This document shows, one piece after another, positions 14,829-24,397 of a DNA stretch of 64,000 nucleotides. Origin of the DNA: an uncultured Clostridia bacterium (GTDB lineage Bacteria > Bacillota > Clostridia > Oscillospirales > JAAYOS01); the NCBI GenBank assembly GCA_947631015.1, contig CANRJS010000001.1, positions 95,561 to 159,560 on the forward strand. The letters run 5' to 3'. The notes under the pieces were generated by a model. That model saw nothing but the letters and a program-made list of their open reading frames with translations. It ran no database searches and had not been told where the DNA came from. The position numbers and the translations under genes are program-made. The number at the start of each line of letters is the position of its first letter. Position 1 is the first letter of the stretch.

Positions 14829-14854
14829 TGGTGGAGGCGGGGGGAGTTGGACCC
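14829..14854. repeat. attR core (inside the functional tmRNA 3' end)
   Basis: TGGTGGAGGC-G6-AGTTGGACCC, the direct-repeat partner of 2345-2371. Confidence 0.85.
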
Positions 14855-15179
14855 CCGTCCGAAAACACTTCCTCGTGATCTTCTCCGGGTGCAGCCGAAT
14901 GTTTAAGTTTCCCTCCCCGCATCGCCGATCGGCGGGCTATGCGGGTAGGTAGTCCGATAATTCATGCACCCCGCTCAGGACGTTGCGGGGGCACGTTCAC
15001 CGCTTAGTCACGCCCGAGCCGGAGCCGCGGTACTCTCCGGGCGGACGGCAGCCTTTAGTTAGGCCGCGTAAGCAAGACTATTGTCGTTACTTAATTTATA
15101 AAGGTTGCCCTTTTAACGTGGTGGGCGCCACGACCCGCTTATCACGCACCCGCGTCCCCGTCGAAACCGGTACGCCCCC
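14829..15179 (-). ncRNA. ssrA: tmRNA (transfer-messenger RNA)
   Basis: On the minus strand the 5' end reads GGGGGCGTACCGGTTTCGACGGGGAC and the 3' end reads GGACGGGGGTCCAACTCCCCCCGCCTCCACCA. The acceptor stem has the G3:U pair. The tag ORF ends ...SNDNSLAYAA-TAA (stop at 15059-15061). Total length is 351 nt. Confidence 0.92.
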
Positions 15180-15226
15180 GTATGCGGGCGGAGCCTGGGC
15201 TCCGCCTCTGACAGTACAGACAATAG

Positions 15227-15925
15227 TTACTTTATCGTCTCCGGCTCGGGATAGTCCACGCCGAAGGTATCGACCGTCACGGTGGAAATCTTCTGGTCGG
15301 TGGTAGGACGGTCATAGTAGTCGGTTTTTACCGTCTCTATATTATACACGACGTCCATGCCCTCTATGACCTTGCCGAAGGCGGCGTAATTCCCGTCGAG
15401 GTGCGGCGAATTGCTCGTCATGATGAAGAACTGACTTCCCGCGCTGTCCGGATCGTTCGCGCGCGCCATCGAGAGCACGCCCGGCGTGTGCTTGAGGTCG
15501 TTCTCAAAGCCGTTGGACGTAAACTCGCCCTTTATCGAGTAGTCCGGACCGCCCGAGCCGGTCCCGTCCGGCGAACCGCCCTGAATCATGAAGCCTTCAA
15601 CGACGCGGTGGAATATGACTCCGTCATAAAATCCGCTCTTTACAAGGCTTATGAAGTTGTTGACGGTGTTCGGCGCGACGTCCGGATACAGCTCCGCGAC
15701 TATCACTCCCCCGTCCTCCATGGTTATCGTTACCTGTGGATTCTGCACTTCTTCTTCCTCCCCGTTGTTATCTTCCGCCTCTTCCGAGGGGTTTTCCGTG
15801 TTTTCTCCGACTATGACCTTCGTCGGACCGTCCTCACTGCTGATGACGCCCGCCGAACAGCCGCCGACGGCGACCGCTCCGAGCAGCATAGCAAGCAAAA
15901 TGAGTACCGAAACCGTCCTCTTCAT
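15227..15925 (-). CDS. cyclophilin-type peptidyl-prolyl isomerase lipoprotein
   Basis: The signal peptide has the lipobox AVGGC. Cyclophilin motifs FHRVVEGFMIQGG and GSQFFI are present. Confidence 0.9.
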   Translation of the reverse strand: MKRTVSVLILLAMLLGAVAVGGCSAGVISSEDGPTKVIVGENTENPSEEAEDNNGEEEEVQNPQVTITMEDGGVIVAELYPDVAPNTVNNFISLVKSGFYDGVIFHRVVEGFMIQGGSPDGTGSGGPDYSIKGEFTSNGFENDLKHTPGVLSMARANDPDSAGSQFFIMTSNSPHLDGNYAAFGKVIEGMDVVYNIETVKTDYYDRPTTDQKISTVTVDTFGVDYPEPETIK

Positions 15926-15940
15926 TATACGTCCTCCGTG

Positions 15941-16408
15941 TTACCTGTTTCGCGATTTCATCACTCTGTCCATCTCGCGCTTCGCGTCCCGCTCGGCGGC
16001 GGCGGCGCGCTTGTCGTGCAGATGCTTGCCCTTCGCGAGCGCTATTTCGACCTTAACGCGCGGCCCCTTGAGATACACCGATATCGGCACCAATGTATAT
16101 CCGTCCTGCTCGACCTTTGCCGCGAGCTTCCAAATCTCCCGCTTGTGCAGGAGCAGACGCTTGGGACGGAGCGGGTCGCGGTTGAAGATGTTTCCCTTCT
16201 CGTATGGGCTGATGTGCATACCGCGCACCCACATCTCGCCGTCCTTAACGGTACAGAACGCGTCGCGCAGGTTGACGGCGCCCAGACGTATCGACTTCAC
16301 CTCGGTGCCGTACAGCTCCACGCCCGCCTCGTACCTGTCCTCAATGAAATAGTCGTGGAACGCCTTGCGGTTGGTGGCAAGGCTCTTGATATTCTCTTTC
16401 CCGGCCAC
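15941..16408 (-). CDS. smpB: SsrA-binding protein SmpB
   Basis: 155 aa: NRKAFHDYFIEDRYEAGVELYGTEVKS...LLLHKREI. It lies 0.8 kb from ssrA. Confidence 0.95.
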   Translation of the reverse strand: MAGKENIKSLATNRKAFHDYFIEDRYEAGVELYGTEVKSIRLGAVNLRDAFCTVKDGEMWVRGMHISPYEKGNIFNRDPLRPKRLLLHKREIWKLAAKVEQDGYTLVPISVYLKGPRVKVEIALAKGKHLHDKRAAAAERDAKREMDRVMKSRNR

Positions 16409-16442
16409 GGAACCGCCTCCTTTTGGGTTCGTATGCCGCCGC

Positions 16443-16988
16443 TCAGACCTTCGCCCGCACGGCCGCCTCGATCACGTCTACGCCCTTGCAGTCGTCGAGC
16501 GTGCCGTTCAGCACGAGGTCGGCATGCCAGCGCGTCGGCTCGATAAGCTCGTCGTGGCGGTAGCGGACGGTGTCAAGATAGCGGTCGGTGACCTCGTCCA
16601 TCGTCTGCCCGAAGCTCATGAAGCGCTTTATGCGGCGGACTATCCGCTCGTCGCTCCTGAGGTCTACGAACACCTTGAGGTCGAGCCTATCTCTGATTCT
16701 GTCCAGATGCAGGGCAAATAAACCCTCGATTATCACCACGTCCGCGTCGGAACCGCACGCCGCGTCGAAGTCCGCATACATCCGGTCGAGCTCGAGCGCG
16801 TCGGGGTGGTTGTGCTCGACGTACACCTTCCGCGTCACCGGCGCGACGGTGTTGATAAACGGACGGCGGAAGTAGGCGTCCATGTGCAGGACGGTGACCT
16901 TGAGGCCGTCGAGACGTTCGGCAAGTCTCTCCGCCGCCGTGCTCTTGCCGGAGCAGGTGCCGCCGGCTATTCCCACTATGTACGGCAT
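16443..16988 (-). CDS. uridine kinase-family P-loop kinase
   Basis: IVGIAGGTCSGKST P-loop and uridine/cytidine kinase-like layout; 181 aa. Confidence 0.75.
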   Translation of the reverse strand: MPYIVGIAGGTCSGKSTAAERLAERLDGLKVTVLHMDAYFRRPFINTVAPVTRKVYVEHNHPDALELDRMYADFDAACGSDADVVIIEGLFALHLDRIRDRLDLKVFVDLRSDERIVRRIKRFMSFGQTMDEVTDRYLDTVRYRHDELIEPTRWHADLVLNGTLDDCKGVDVIEAAVRAKV

Positions 16989-17027
16989 GGCGTTCGCCCT
17001 CCTTTGCCCGAAGATAAATAGAACCGT

Positions 17028-17477
17028 TCAGAACTCTATCCTGTGGAGCACCCACTGAGGAAGCGCCTCCGCGCCCATTCCCCGGTAGAACTCGAGGGAC
17101 GGACTGTTCCAATCGAGGCAGACCCACTCCATTCGCGGGCAGCCTCTCCTCTGCGCCTCGGCTTTCAGATACTCGAAGGTCTTTGTGCCGAAGCCGCGTC
17201 CCCTGTACTGCGGGCGGACGTATATGTCCTCGAGGTACAGCCCGGCGCGCCCCTTGAAGGTCGAGAAATTGAAGCAGTATATCGCGTACCCGACTGCCTC
17301 TCCGTCGAGCGTGAGGAGCAGCGCCTCCGCCTCGTGCCGGTCAAATATCGAGGCTTCAAGGGTCTCCGCCGTGGCTGTCACCATGTCGGTCATCTTTTCG
17401 TACTCTGCAAGCTCGTTTATAAGCGCCATAATGAGCGGCGCGTCTCCGCGCACCGCCGCGCGTATCTCAAACGGCAT
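17028..17477 (-). CDS. GNAT N-acetyltransferase (diamine acetyltransferase-like)
   Basis: 149 aa with the acetyl-CoA motif RGRGFGTKTFEYL. Confidence 0.8.
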   Translation of the reverse strand: MPFEIRAAVRGDAPLIMALINELAEYEKMTDMVTATAETLEASIFDRHEAEALLLTLDGEAVGYAIYCFNFSTFKGRAGLYLEDIYVRPQYRGRGFGTKTFEYLKAEAQRRGCPRMEWVCLDWNSPSLEFYRGMGAEALPQWVLHRIEF

Positions 17478-17541
17478 ATCATCCCTCCAAGCGTCGAATT
17501 ACATTGTAGCACATTATATGCGATTTGTCCATAGAAAAAGT

Positions 17542-18213
17542 TCAGCGCGCGAGCCACGCTATGGCGCGGGCAATACGCCCATCCGGGTCACGGAAGTGGC
17601 TCCCCGGCTCATTCCTGAAAACGACCCTCTCCGCCGAAGCAAGGCAGAGCCGCTTTGTTCGCTCGGTGGTCTCCGGATTTGCCGCCATCAGCGGGTCGCG
17701 GGTGTTCTTCTCCTTGCCGCCGAGGCTGAGGTAGACCGCGCCGCGCGCCGGGTGCTCCGCGAGAAATTCACACCAGCCGGGATACCACAGCGAGCCGGAG
17801 CAGCTTCCGCAGCCGTCCGAAAGCCCGAGCGTGAGGTGAAAGTACATCGCGGCGAGGCCGCCGAGCGAGTACCCGACGATGTACACCGCGCCGGGACGCA
17901 GCTCCTCCAGGAGCGCGTTTATCGCCGCCGCGACGCTGTGCCCGAATTCGTCCGCGCCGCCGGAGAAGCGCCGTCCGTTCGACCCGTCCGCCGGCCACGG
18001 CGTGAAGTCTCCGTCCCAGTCTACATCGCACGGGACGGCGAAGTTCGCGGGCGGCGCTCCCTCCGCCGAGAGCTTTGCGAAAAACTCCTCCGAAAGCTCG
18101 TCCTCGCCCGCGAGCAGTATCACGAGCGGAGCGCCGTCACGCGGCTCCCCAAAGCGCTCCGTGCGCCATTCTCTGCCTCCGAAGCTTCTCATCTGCGTAT
18201 GTACTCCTGTCAA
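17542..18213 (-). CDS. alpha/beta-hydrolase esterase
   Basis: 223 aa with a GYSLGG nucleophile elbow. Confidence 0.75.
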   Translation of the reverse strand: MTGVHTQMRSFGGREWRTERFGEPRDGAPLVILLAGEDELSEEFFAKLSAEGAPPANFAVPCDVDWDGDFTPWPADGSNGRRFSGGADEFGHSVAAAINALLEELRPGAVYIVGYSLGGLAAMYFHLTLGLSDGCGSCSGSLWYPGWCEFLAEHPARGAVYLSLGGKEKNTRDPLMAANPETTERTKRLCLASAERVVFRNEPGSHFRDPDGRIARAIAWLAR

Positions 18214-18266
18214 ATCCGTAATGTTGATTGCTTTACACTGTTTGCGCTACGTCAAGTTGTTTCGCT

Positions 18267-19106
18267 TTACAACGTTTTGCCGCCCATCCACTGGTGTCCC
18301 GTGACCTCGAAGCCTATCCGGCTGTACCAGTCCACGAGCTCGACATAGCGCAGCTCGACCGACCTGTATCCCCTTTCCTTCAGCCACCGGCACCCTTCCG
18401 CGACCATGCGGAGACCGGTTCCCTTTCTTCTTGCGGAGTGAACGACGCCCACGCAGCCCACCGAGCCGACAGCTTCCCGCTCCGGGTGGAATCTCCCTCT
18501 GCCTAGTATCAGGAAGCCGACCGTCTCGCCGCCCTGACGGGCTATCATCACCGGGTCTACGCAGTCCTCAAAGATATCTACCCAGTCCGGCTCCGCGTCC
18601 TCCACGGCGCGGAGCACCGACGCCTTCTCCTCCGGGCGGGCTATGCGGAACTCGGTTCCCTCCGGCGCGGGATATATTTTCAACGAATCAGCGTCAAACG
18701 TATCAAGAAACATCCCCATATTCGCGCTCGTCCACTCCGCCGAGTACCCGCGCTTCTCAAAGAAGTCCACCGCGTTGTGCCCCTCGACCGGCACTCCCTG
18801 GAGGATACAGCCCGGACCTCTCCCGAGCGTCACGCTTCCGAAGCCGTTCTTTCGGATGATGTGCTCGCTCTCGGAGAGCAGTCGCGAGCCTATGCCGCGG
18901 CGGCGATACCTCCCGTCCACGCAGAGTAGGGATATAGAGCTCTCGTGGATGAGCGAATATCCGACGAGCGCATTTCCGTCGCGCTCCTCGACCGTTTCCG
19001 CCGTCTCCGGCGCGGTCAGCTCGCGGAATATCTCAAACGTCGTATTGTAGTCCGGAAAGCAGCTGTTATACAGCGAAAAGAGCTCCGAAATTTTGTTCTC
19101 AGTCAT
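18267..19106 (-). CDS. two-domain GNAT acetyltransferase
   Basis: 279 aa with two acetyl-CoA motifs, RRRGIGSRLL and RRKGTGLRMV. Confidence 0.8.
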   Translation of the reverse strand: MTENKISELFSLYNSCFPDYNTTFEIFRELTAPETAETVEERDGNALVGYSLIHESSISLLCVDGRYRRRGIGSRLLSESEHIIRKNGFGSVTLGRGPGCILQGVPVEGHNAVDFFEKRGYSAEWTSANMGMFLDTFDADSLKIYPAPEGTEFRIARPEEKASVLRAVEDAEPDWVDIFEDCVDPVMIARQGGETVGFLILGRGRFHPEREAVGSVGCVGVVHSARRKGTGLRMVAEGCRWLKERGYRSVELRYVELVDWYSRIGFEVTGHQWMGGKTL

Positions 19107-19338
19107 GTATTTTCCTCCGTCCCTGTTGTCTTTGCCAACCCGAAGCTTCGCCGGGAAGTGGCGTCGCTTCCGTTAAAAGTATGTTAAAAGTATTAAATAT
19201 GCAAATCCCTCTTGCTTTTTTGAAAAAAAGCTGTATTATTATAAGGTATGCCCGAGTGACCGATGCTTCCACCTTTCGGTACACGGTCTATTATATCGGG
19301 CGCACTTTCCAATGTCAACAGTATGAAAGGAAGGTTTT

Positions 19339-20202
19339 ATGCAGAAAATCAAGATATCGACCGACTCGACAGCCGATATTCCGAATAATTTTTGTGAAGA
19401 GCTGAATATCAGCGTCCTCCCGCTGACGATACTCGCGGGTGACAAAGAGTACCGCGACGGCATTGACATAAGCAAGGAGGAGTTCTACAATATACTCGAC
19501 ACGGCGGCGACGCTGCCGGTATCCAGCCAGGTGACGTCGGTGCTATATGCGGAACTCTTTCTTGAGACGTGGAAGGCGGGCTACACCGACCTCATACATA
19601 TTTCGATAAACTCCAAGGGCTCCGGAACCTATCAGGCGGCGGTCATAACCCGCGATATGTTCTATGAGGAGCATCCCGAGGCAAAGGAGACCTTTGCCAT
19701 ACATCTCATCGACTCAAAGACGTACAGCATGGCCTACGGCATCCCCGTCATCGAGGCGGCGCGCATGGCGAAAAGCGGCAGCAGCCCGGACGAGATACTT
19801 TCGCACCTTGGCGACTGGCTCGAGCACGCGCGTCCGCTCTTCGTGCCGCTCAACCTCAAATGCGTCAAGAAGTCGGGACGCATCTCCCCCGCCGCCGCGT
19901 TCCTCGGGGACGCGATAGGCCTCAAGCCGCTTATAACCTTTGAGGACGGCGAGGCGAAGATACTCTCCAAGGCTCGCGGAGACAACAAGGCGATAGCCGC
20001 GCTGGTAGAGACCTGCCTGCGCGAGCGCAAACAGGGCACGAACTACGCGCTCGTCTACGGCAGCAACCGCGCCGCCTTTGAGCAGCTGCGCGAAGCCTGC
20101 GCTAAGGCGTTCGACATTCCTCCGATAACTGAGTATCAGGTGGGCTGCGTCATCGGCATAAATACCGGCCCCAACATGATAGGCATTCTCTACCGCACCT
20201 GA
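19339..20202 (+). CDS. DegV-family fatty-acid-binding protein
   Basis: 287 aa: IKISTDSTADIP...LPLTI...DG; a typical DegV N-terminus. Confidence 0.9.
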   Translation: MQKIKISTDSTADIPNNFCEELNISVLPLTILAGDKEYRDGIDISKEEFYNILDTAATLPVSSQVTSVLYAELFLETWKAGYTDLIHISINSKGSGTYQAAVITRDMFYEEHPEAKETFAIHLIDSKTYSMAYGIPVIEAARMAKSGSSPDEILSHLGDWLEHARPLFVPLNLKCVKKSGRISPAAAFLGDAIGLKPLITFEDGEAKILSKARGDNKAIAALVETCLRERKQGTNYALVYGSNRAAFEQLREACAKAFDIPPITEYQVGCVIGINTGPNMIGILYRT

Positions 20203-20207
20203 CCGAT

Positions 20208-20921
20208 ATGCTTACTACCGTACTTTTTGATTTGGACGGCACCCTTCTCCCGATGGACCAGGACGAATTCGTCGCGGGCTACTTCGGTCTTCTCGCAAAG
20301 AAGGCCGCGCCTTACGGCTACGAGGCGAAGCGGCTCATAAATACCGTCTGGGCGGGCACCGCCGCGATGGTCCGTAACGACGGCTCGCGCACAAACGAGG
20401 AGGCGTTCTGGCGGAGGTTTGCGGAGGAATACGGCGAGGAGCGCCTTCGCGACAAGGCGGTTTTTGACGACTTCTACGCAAACGAGTTTGCGGGCGCGCG
20501 GAGCTTCTGCGGTTTCAACCCCGAGGCGGCGGAGCTCGTGCGCGCATGCCGGCGGGACGGGCTCCATGTACTGCTTGCGACAAACCCCATCTTCCCCGCC
20601 GTCGCCACCGAGACGCGGATACGCTGGGCGGGGCTCGAACCGGACGACTTCGAGCTCATCACCACCTACGAGAGCGACCGCTTCTGCAAGCCGAACCCCG
20701 ACTACTACCGCGACATACTCCGGCGCACCGGCGTCCCCGCTGCCGAGTGTTTGATGGTCGGAAACGACGTCTCGGAGGACATGGCGGCGTCGGCGCTCGG
20801 GATGGAGGTCTTTCTTCTCACCGACTGCCTCATAAACAAGAATCAAAAGGACATCTCGGTCTACCCGAACGGAGGCTTCACTCGTCTCGCCGCGCATATC
20901 CGCCGGCTTCGAGGCGCGTAA
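20208..20921 (+). CDS. HAD-superfamily hydrolase
   Basis: DxD motif LFDLDGTL at the N-terminus and MVGNDVSEDM near the C-terminus. Confidence 0.85.
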   Translation: MLTTVLFDLDGTLLPMDQDEFVAGYFGLLAKKAAPYGYEAKRLINTVWAGTAAMVRNDGSRTNEEAFWRRFAEEYGEERLRDKAVFDDFYANEFAGARSFCGFNPEAAELVRACRRDGLHVLLATNPIFPAVATETRIRWAGLEPDDFELITTYESDRFCKPNPDYYRDILRRTGVPAAECLMVGNDVSEDMAASALGMEVFLLTDCLINKNQKDISVYPNGGFTRLAAHIRRLRGA

Positions 20922-20947
20922 AAATCCCGGAAAGAGCAATTTGCCTA

Positions 20948-20976
20948 TTGACAGACTGAATTTCATGTGATATACT
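20948..20976 (+). promoter_or_regulatory. trp operon promoter
   Basis: TTGACA, 17-nt spacer, TATACT. Confidence 0.6.
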
Positions 20977-20989
20977 CTGCTAAACCGTT

Positions 20990-21254
20990 GAAGAAGAGTA
21001 AGTAGGTCTTTTCCCTTTTCTCAAAGAGAGCCGCGGGCGGTGGGATCGCGGCAGAAAACATCAGACCGAATGGGCTTCCGAGGGCGCGGTGAAAGGCGTA
21101 TGGCGCCGAGTAGCATGCGACGTGTTGGCATACGTCAGTTGCCGGGGATATGCCTGTATCCCGCTAAGTGCGCGGCCTCTGCGCCGCGAATCAGGGTGGC
21201 ACCGCGGATCATATTCGCCCCTGACAGAAGATGATCTTCTGTCAGGGGCGTTTT
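20990..21254 (+). promoter_or_regulatory. T-box riboswitch leader, Trp (UGG) specifier
   Basis: AGAGAG box and GGTGGGA are present, with GAA-TGG-G in the specifier region. The T-box sequence AATCAGGGTGGCACCGCGG lies at 21189-21207. The terminator stem is 21217-21249, followed by T4. Confidence 0.85.
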
Positions 21255-21294
21255 CGCACCCCGGCGGGAGAAACGCTTGCGAGGAGGTATGTAC

Positions 21295-22773
21295 ATGAAC
21301 ATCAGACCCGGTCCCGAGGAGGTCAAAGCGATAGCCGCCGAGGGACGCTGCAAGGTACTGCCGGTCAGCTGTGAAATGCTCTCCGACGTCTGCACCCCGA
21401 TCGAAGCTCTGAAAATCCTGAAAAACGTCTCCGCCCACTGCTACATTCTGGAATCGGTGGCCGAACAGGAAAAATGGGGGCGCTACACATTCCTGGGCTT
21501 CGATCCGACTCTTGAGATAACCTGCACCGACGGGATAATGCGTGTCAAGGGCGGCGCGCAGGACAGCTGCCGCCTAGTCAAGGATCCGTCGGAGGAGCTG
21601 CGGAAGATACTGCGCAATTACACAAGCCCCCGGTTTGACTACCTTCCCTCCTTCACCGGCGGACTTGTGGGCTACTTCTCCTACGACTACCTCGGATACA
21701 GCGAGCCCGCCGCCCGCACCGGGGCGCTCAATACGGAGGGCTTCAAGGACGTCGATCTGATGCTCTTCGACAAGGTGATAGCCTTTGACAACGTCCGTCA
21801 GAAAATCATCCTTATAGTCAACATGCCGCTTGACGACCCGGAGACCGGCTACAACAAGGCATGCCTCGAGCTAAAGCAGCTCCGCGACCTGCTCCGTACC
21901 GGTACGCAGAAGCATGAGCCGGGCGGCCGGCTTGGTGGCGAGGTCACTCCTCTCTTCGACAAAGAGGAATACTGCTCCATGGTGGAGCGGGCAAAGCGCC
22001 ACATCCGCGAGGGCGACATCTTCCAGATAGTGCTTTCAAACCGTCTCTCCGCGCCGTTTGATGGGAGCCTGCTCAACACCTACCGTGTACTGCGCACACT
22101 CAACCCCTCCCCGTATATGTTCTACTTCTCCGGCACCGATGTGGAGGTCGCGGGCGCATCGCCGGAGACGCTCGTGAAGCTTGAAAACGGAGTTCTCCAC
22201 ACCTTCCCTCTCGCCGGCACACGTCCGCGCGGAAGGACCGAGGAGGAGGACGCCGCGTTGGAGGCAGAGCTGCTATCCGACGAAAAGGAGCTCGCCGAGC
22301 ACAACATGCTCGTGGATCTCGGACGGAACGACCTCGGCAAGGTCAGCCGGTTCGGTACCGTCCGCGTGGAGACCCTCCACTCTGTCGAGCGTTACTCGCA
22401 CGTCATGCACATCGGCTCGACCGTCCGCGGAGAGATCCGTCCCGAGTTTGACGCGCTGGACGCCATCGAGGCGGTCCTGCCGGCGGGGACGCTGTCCGGC
22501 GCTCCGAAGATACGCGCCTGCCAGCTTATCGGCGAGCTCGAGAACAACAAGCGCGGCATTTACGGCGGCGCTATCGGCTACATCGACTTTACCGGAAATA
22601 TGGACACCTGCATAGCGATACGCATCGCGTACAGGAAGAACGGACAGGTCTTTATACGCAGCGGCGCCGGCATAGTGGCAGACTCGGTGCCGGAAAAGGA
22701 GTATCAGGAGTGCATCAACAAGGCTCAGGCGGTCGTGAGCGCGCTGAAGCTCGCTCAGGAGGAGGATCTATGA
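21295..22773 (+). CDS. trpE: anthranilate synthase component I
   Basis: Chorismate-binding family; LSGAPK and GGAIGY motifs. ATG 21295 was chosen for its spacing from SD GAGGAGG. Confidence 0.92.
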   Translation: MNIRPGPEEVKAIAAEGRCKVLPVSCEMLSDVCTPIEALKILKNVSAHCYILESVAEQEKWGRYTFLGFDPTLEITCTDGIMRVKGGAQDSCRLVKDPSEELRKILRNYTSPRFDYLPSFTGGLVGYFSYDYLGYSEPAARTGALNTEGFKDVDLMLFDKVIAFDNVRQKIILIVNMPLDDPETGYNKACLELKQLRDLLRTGTQKHEPGGRLGGEVTPLFDKEEYCSMVERAKRHIREGDIFQIVLSNRLSAPFDGSLLNTYRVLRTLNPSPYMFYFSGTDVEVAGASPETLVKLENGVLHTFPLAGTRPRGRTEEEDAALEAELLSDEKELAEHNMLVDLGRNDLGKVSRFGTVRVETLHSVERYSHVMHIGSTVRGEIRPEFDALDAIEAVLPAGTLSGAPKIRACQLIGELENNKRGIYGGAIGYIDFTGNMDTCIAIRIAYRKNGQVFIRSGAGIVADSVPEKEYQECINKAQAVVSALKLAQEEDL

Positions 22774-23336
22774 TACTGCTTATAGATAACTACGACAGCT
22801 TTTCCTACAACCTCTATCAGCTTGTCGGGGAGATAGACCCCGATATAAAGGTCATCCGAAACGACGAGCTAGCCACCGGCGAGATACGCGAGCTGCGTCC
22901 CTCCCGCATCATTCTCTCCCCCGGCCCCGGACGCCCGGAGGACGCGGGTGTGATAATTCAGGTAGTGCAGGAGCTGGGCTCTGAAATTCCCGTTCTCGGC
23001 GTGTGTCTCGGTCATCAGGCTATTTGCGCCGCGTTCGGAGCGACCGTCACTTACGCAAAGGAGCTCATGCACGGCAAGCAGTCGGTGGTTCGCTTTTCTC
23101 GGGACTGTCCCCTGTTCCGAGGGTGCCCCGAGTCCGCCCCCGTCGCCCGATACCACTCCCTTGCCGCCGACCCGGACACTATCCCGGATTGTCTCTGCGT
23201 CACCGCCCGCACCTGCGAAGGCGAGGTCATGGCCGTGCAACACAGGGAGTACCCCATCTACGGGGTACAGTTCCACCCCGAGTCGATAATGACTCCGGAC
23301 GGGAAAACAATGCTGAGAAATTTCATAGAACTTTAA
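22770..23336 (+). CDS. trpG: anthranilate synthase component II (glutamine amidotransferase)
   Basis: [22 protein letters not shown] and FHPES motifs. ATGA overlap with the trpE stop. Confidence 0.92.
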   Translation: MILLIDNYDSFSYNLYQLVGEIDPDIKVIRNDELATGEIRELRPSRIILSPGPGRPEDAGVIIQVVQELGSEIPVLGVCLGHQAICAAFGATVTYAKELMHGKQSVVRFSRDCPLFRGCPESAPVARYHSLAADPDTIPDCLCVTARTCEGEVMAVQHREYPIYGVQFHPESIMTPDGKTMLRNFIEL

Positions 23337-23362
23337 CAACAAAACGAAAAGGAGTGCTTTTC

Positions 23363-24379
23363 ATGATCAAGGATGCGATCGCGAAAATCGTTGACAAGCA
23401 GGATCTGACATACGACGAGGCGTATGCCGTCATGAACGAGATAATGAGCGGAGAGACCACGCAAACCCAGAACGCGGCGTTCCTTGCCGCCCTCTCCACC
23501 AAGAGCGCAAAAGCCGAGACATCCGACGAGATAGCCGGATGCGCCGCTGCTATGCGCGACCACGCCACCCGCGTCGACGCCGGAATGCCCGTTTTTGAGA
23601 TAGTCGGCACCGGCGGCGACGGAGCTCACAGCTTCAACATATCCACGACCTCCGCGCTCGTCGCCGCCGCCGGAGGGATAAAGGTGGCCAAACACGGCAA
23701 CCGGGCCGCGTCCTCGAAGTGCGGCACGGCCGACTGCCTCGAGGCGTTGGGAGTAAATATCGAGCAGGATCCGGAGAAGTGTGTCGAGCTGCTGCGCGAG
23801 GTCGGCATGTGCTTCTTCTTTGCGCAGAAGTATCACACCTCGATGAAATACGTCGGTGCCGTCCGCAAGGAGCTGGGCTTCCGCACGGTGTTCAACATTC
23901 TCGGACCGCTCACAAATCCGGCGGGCCCCAAGATGCAGCTTCTCGGCGTATACGACGAGTATCTCGTGGAGCCGCTGGCGCAGGTGCTGATAAGCCTCGG
24001 CGTGGAACGTGGCATGGTAGTCTACGGCAGGGACAGGCTCGACGAGATCTCCGCTTCCGCCCCCACCGCCGTCTGCGAGTTCAAGGACGGTTGGTTTAAG
24101 AGCTACACCGTCTCCCCCGAGGACTTCGGCATCACCCGCTGCCAAAAGAGCGACCTCGTGGGCGGCACGCCGGAGGAGAACGCCGCCATCACCCGTTCGA
24201 TACTCGCGGGCAAAAAGGGTCCCGCCCGGGACGCCGTCCTGCTAAACGCCGGCGCGGCGCTCTACATCGGCGGCAAAGCGGCGACGTGGAAGGACGGCGT
24301 TGCGCTCGCGGCGGAGCTTATCGACAGCGGCGCCGCGGCGTCGGTACTCGAAAAGCTGATAGAAGTCAGCAACAGATAG
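23363..24379 (+). CDS. trpD: anthranilate phosphoribosyltransferase
   Basis: GTGGDG and KHGNRAASS motifs. SD AAAGGAG precedes ATG 23363. Confidence 0.92.
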   Translation: MIKDAIAKIVDKQDLTYDEAYAVMNEIMSGETTQTQNAAFLAALSTKSAKAETSDEIAGCAAAMRDHATRVDAGMPVFEIVGTGGDGAHSFNISTTSALVAAAGGIKVAKHGNRAASSKCGTADCLEALGVNIEQDPEKCVELLREVGMCFFFAQKYHTSMKYVGAVRKELGFRTVFNILGPLTNPAGPKMQLLGVYDEYLVEPLAQVLISLGVERGMVVYGRDRLDEISASAPTAVCEFKDGWFKSYTVSPEDFGITRCQKSDLVGGTPEENAAITRSILAGKKGPARDAVLLNAGAALYIGGKAATWKDGVALAAELIDSGAAASVLEKLIEVSNR

Positions 24380-24397
24380 TCCCTAAAGCGATTTTAG

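Larger units (their letters stand above)
2345..14854. mobile_element. ssrA-targeting integrative island (about 12.5 kb)
   Basis: A 26/27-nt direct repeat lies at both ends. The integrase gene is adjacent to attR, and arm-type boxes lie inside both ends. The cargo is unrelated to the flanking housekeeping genes. Confidence 0.8.

Noticed and set aside
19250-19305. A structured 5' UTR hairpin (GCCCGA...TCGGGC) before degV.
   Set aside because: It is a single local hairpin with no terminator or sequestered SD that I can see. That is not enough to call a regulatory element.
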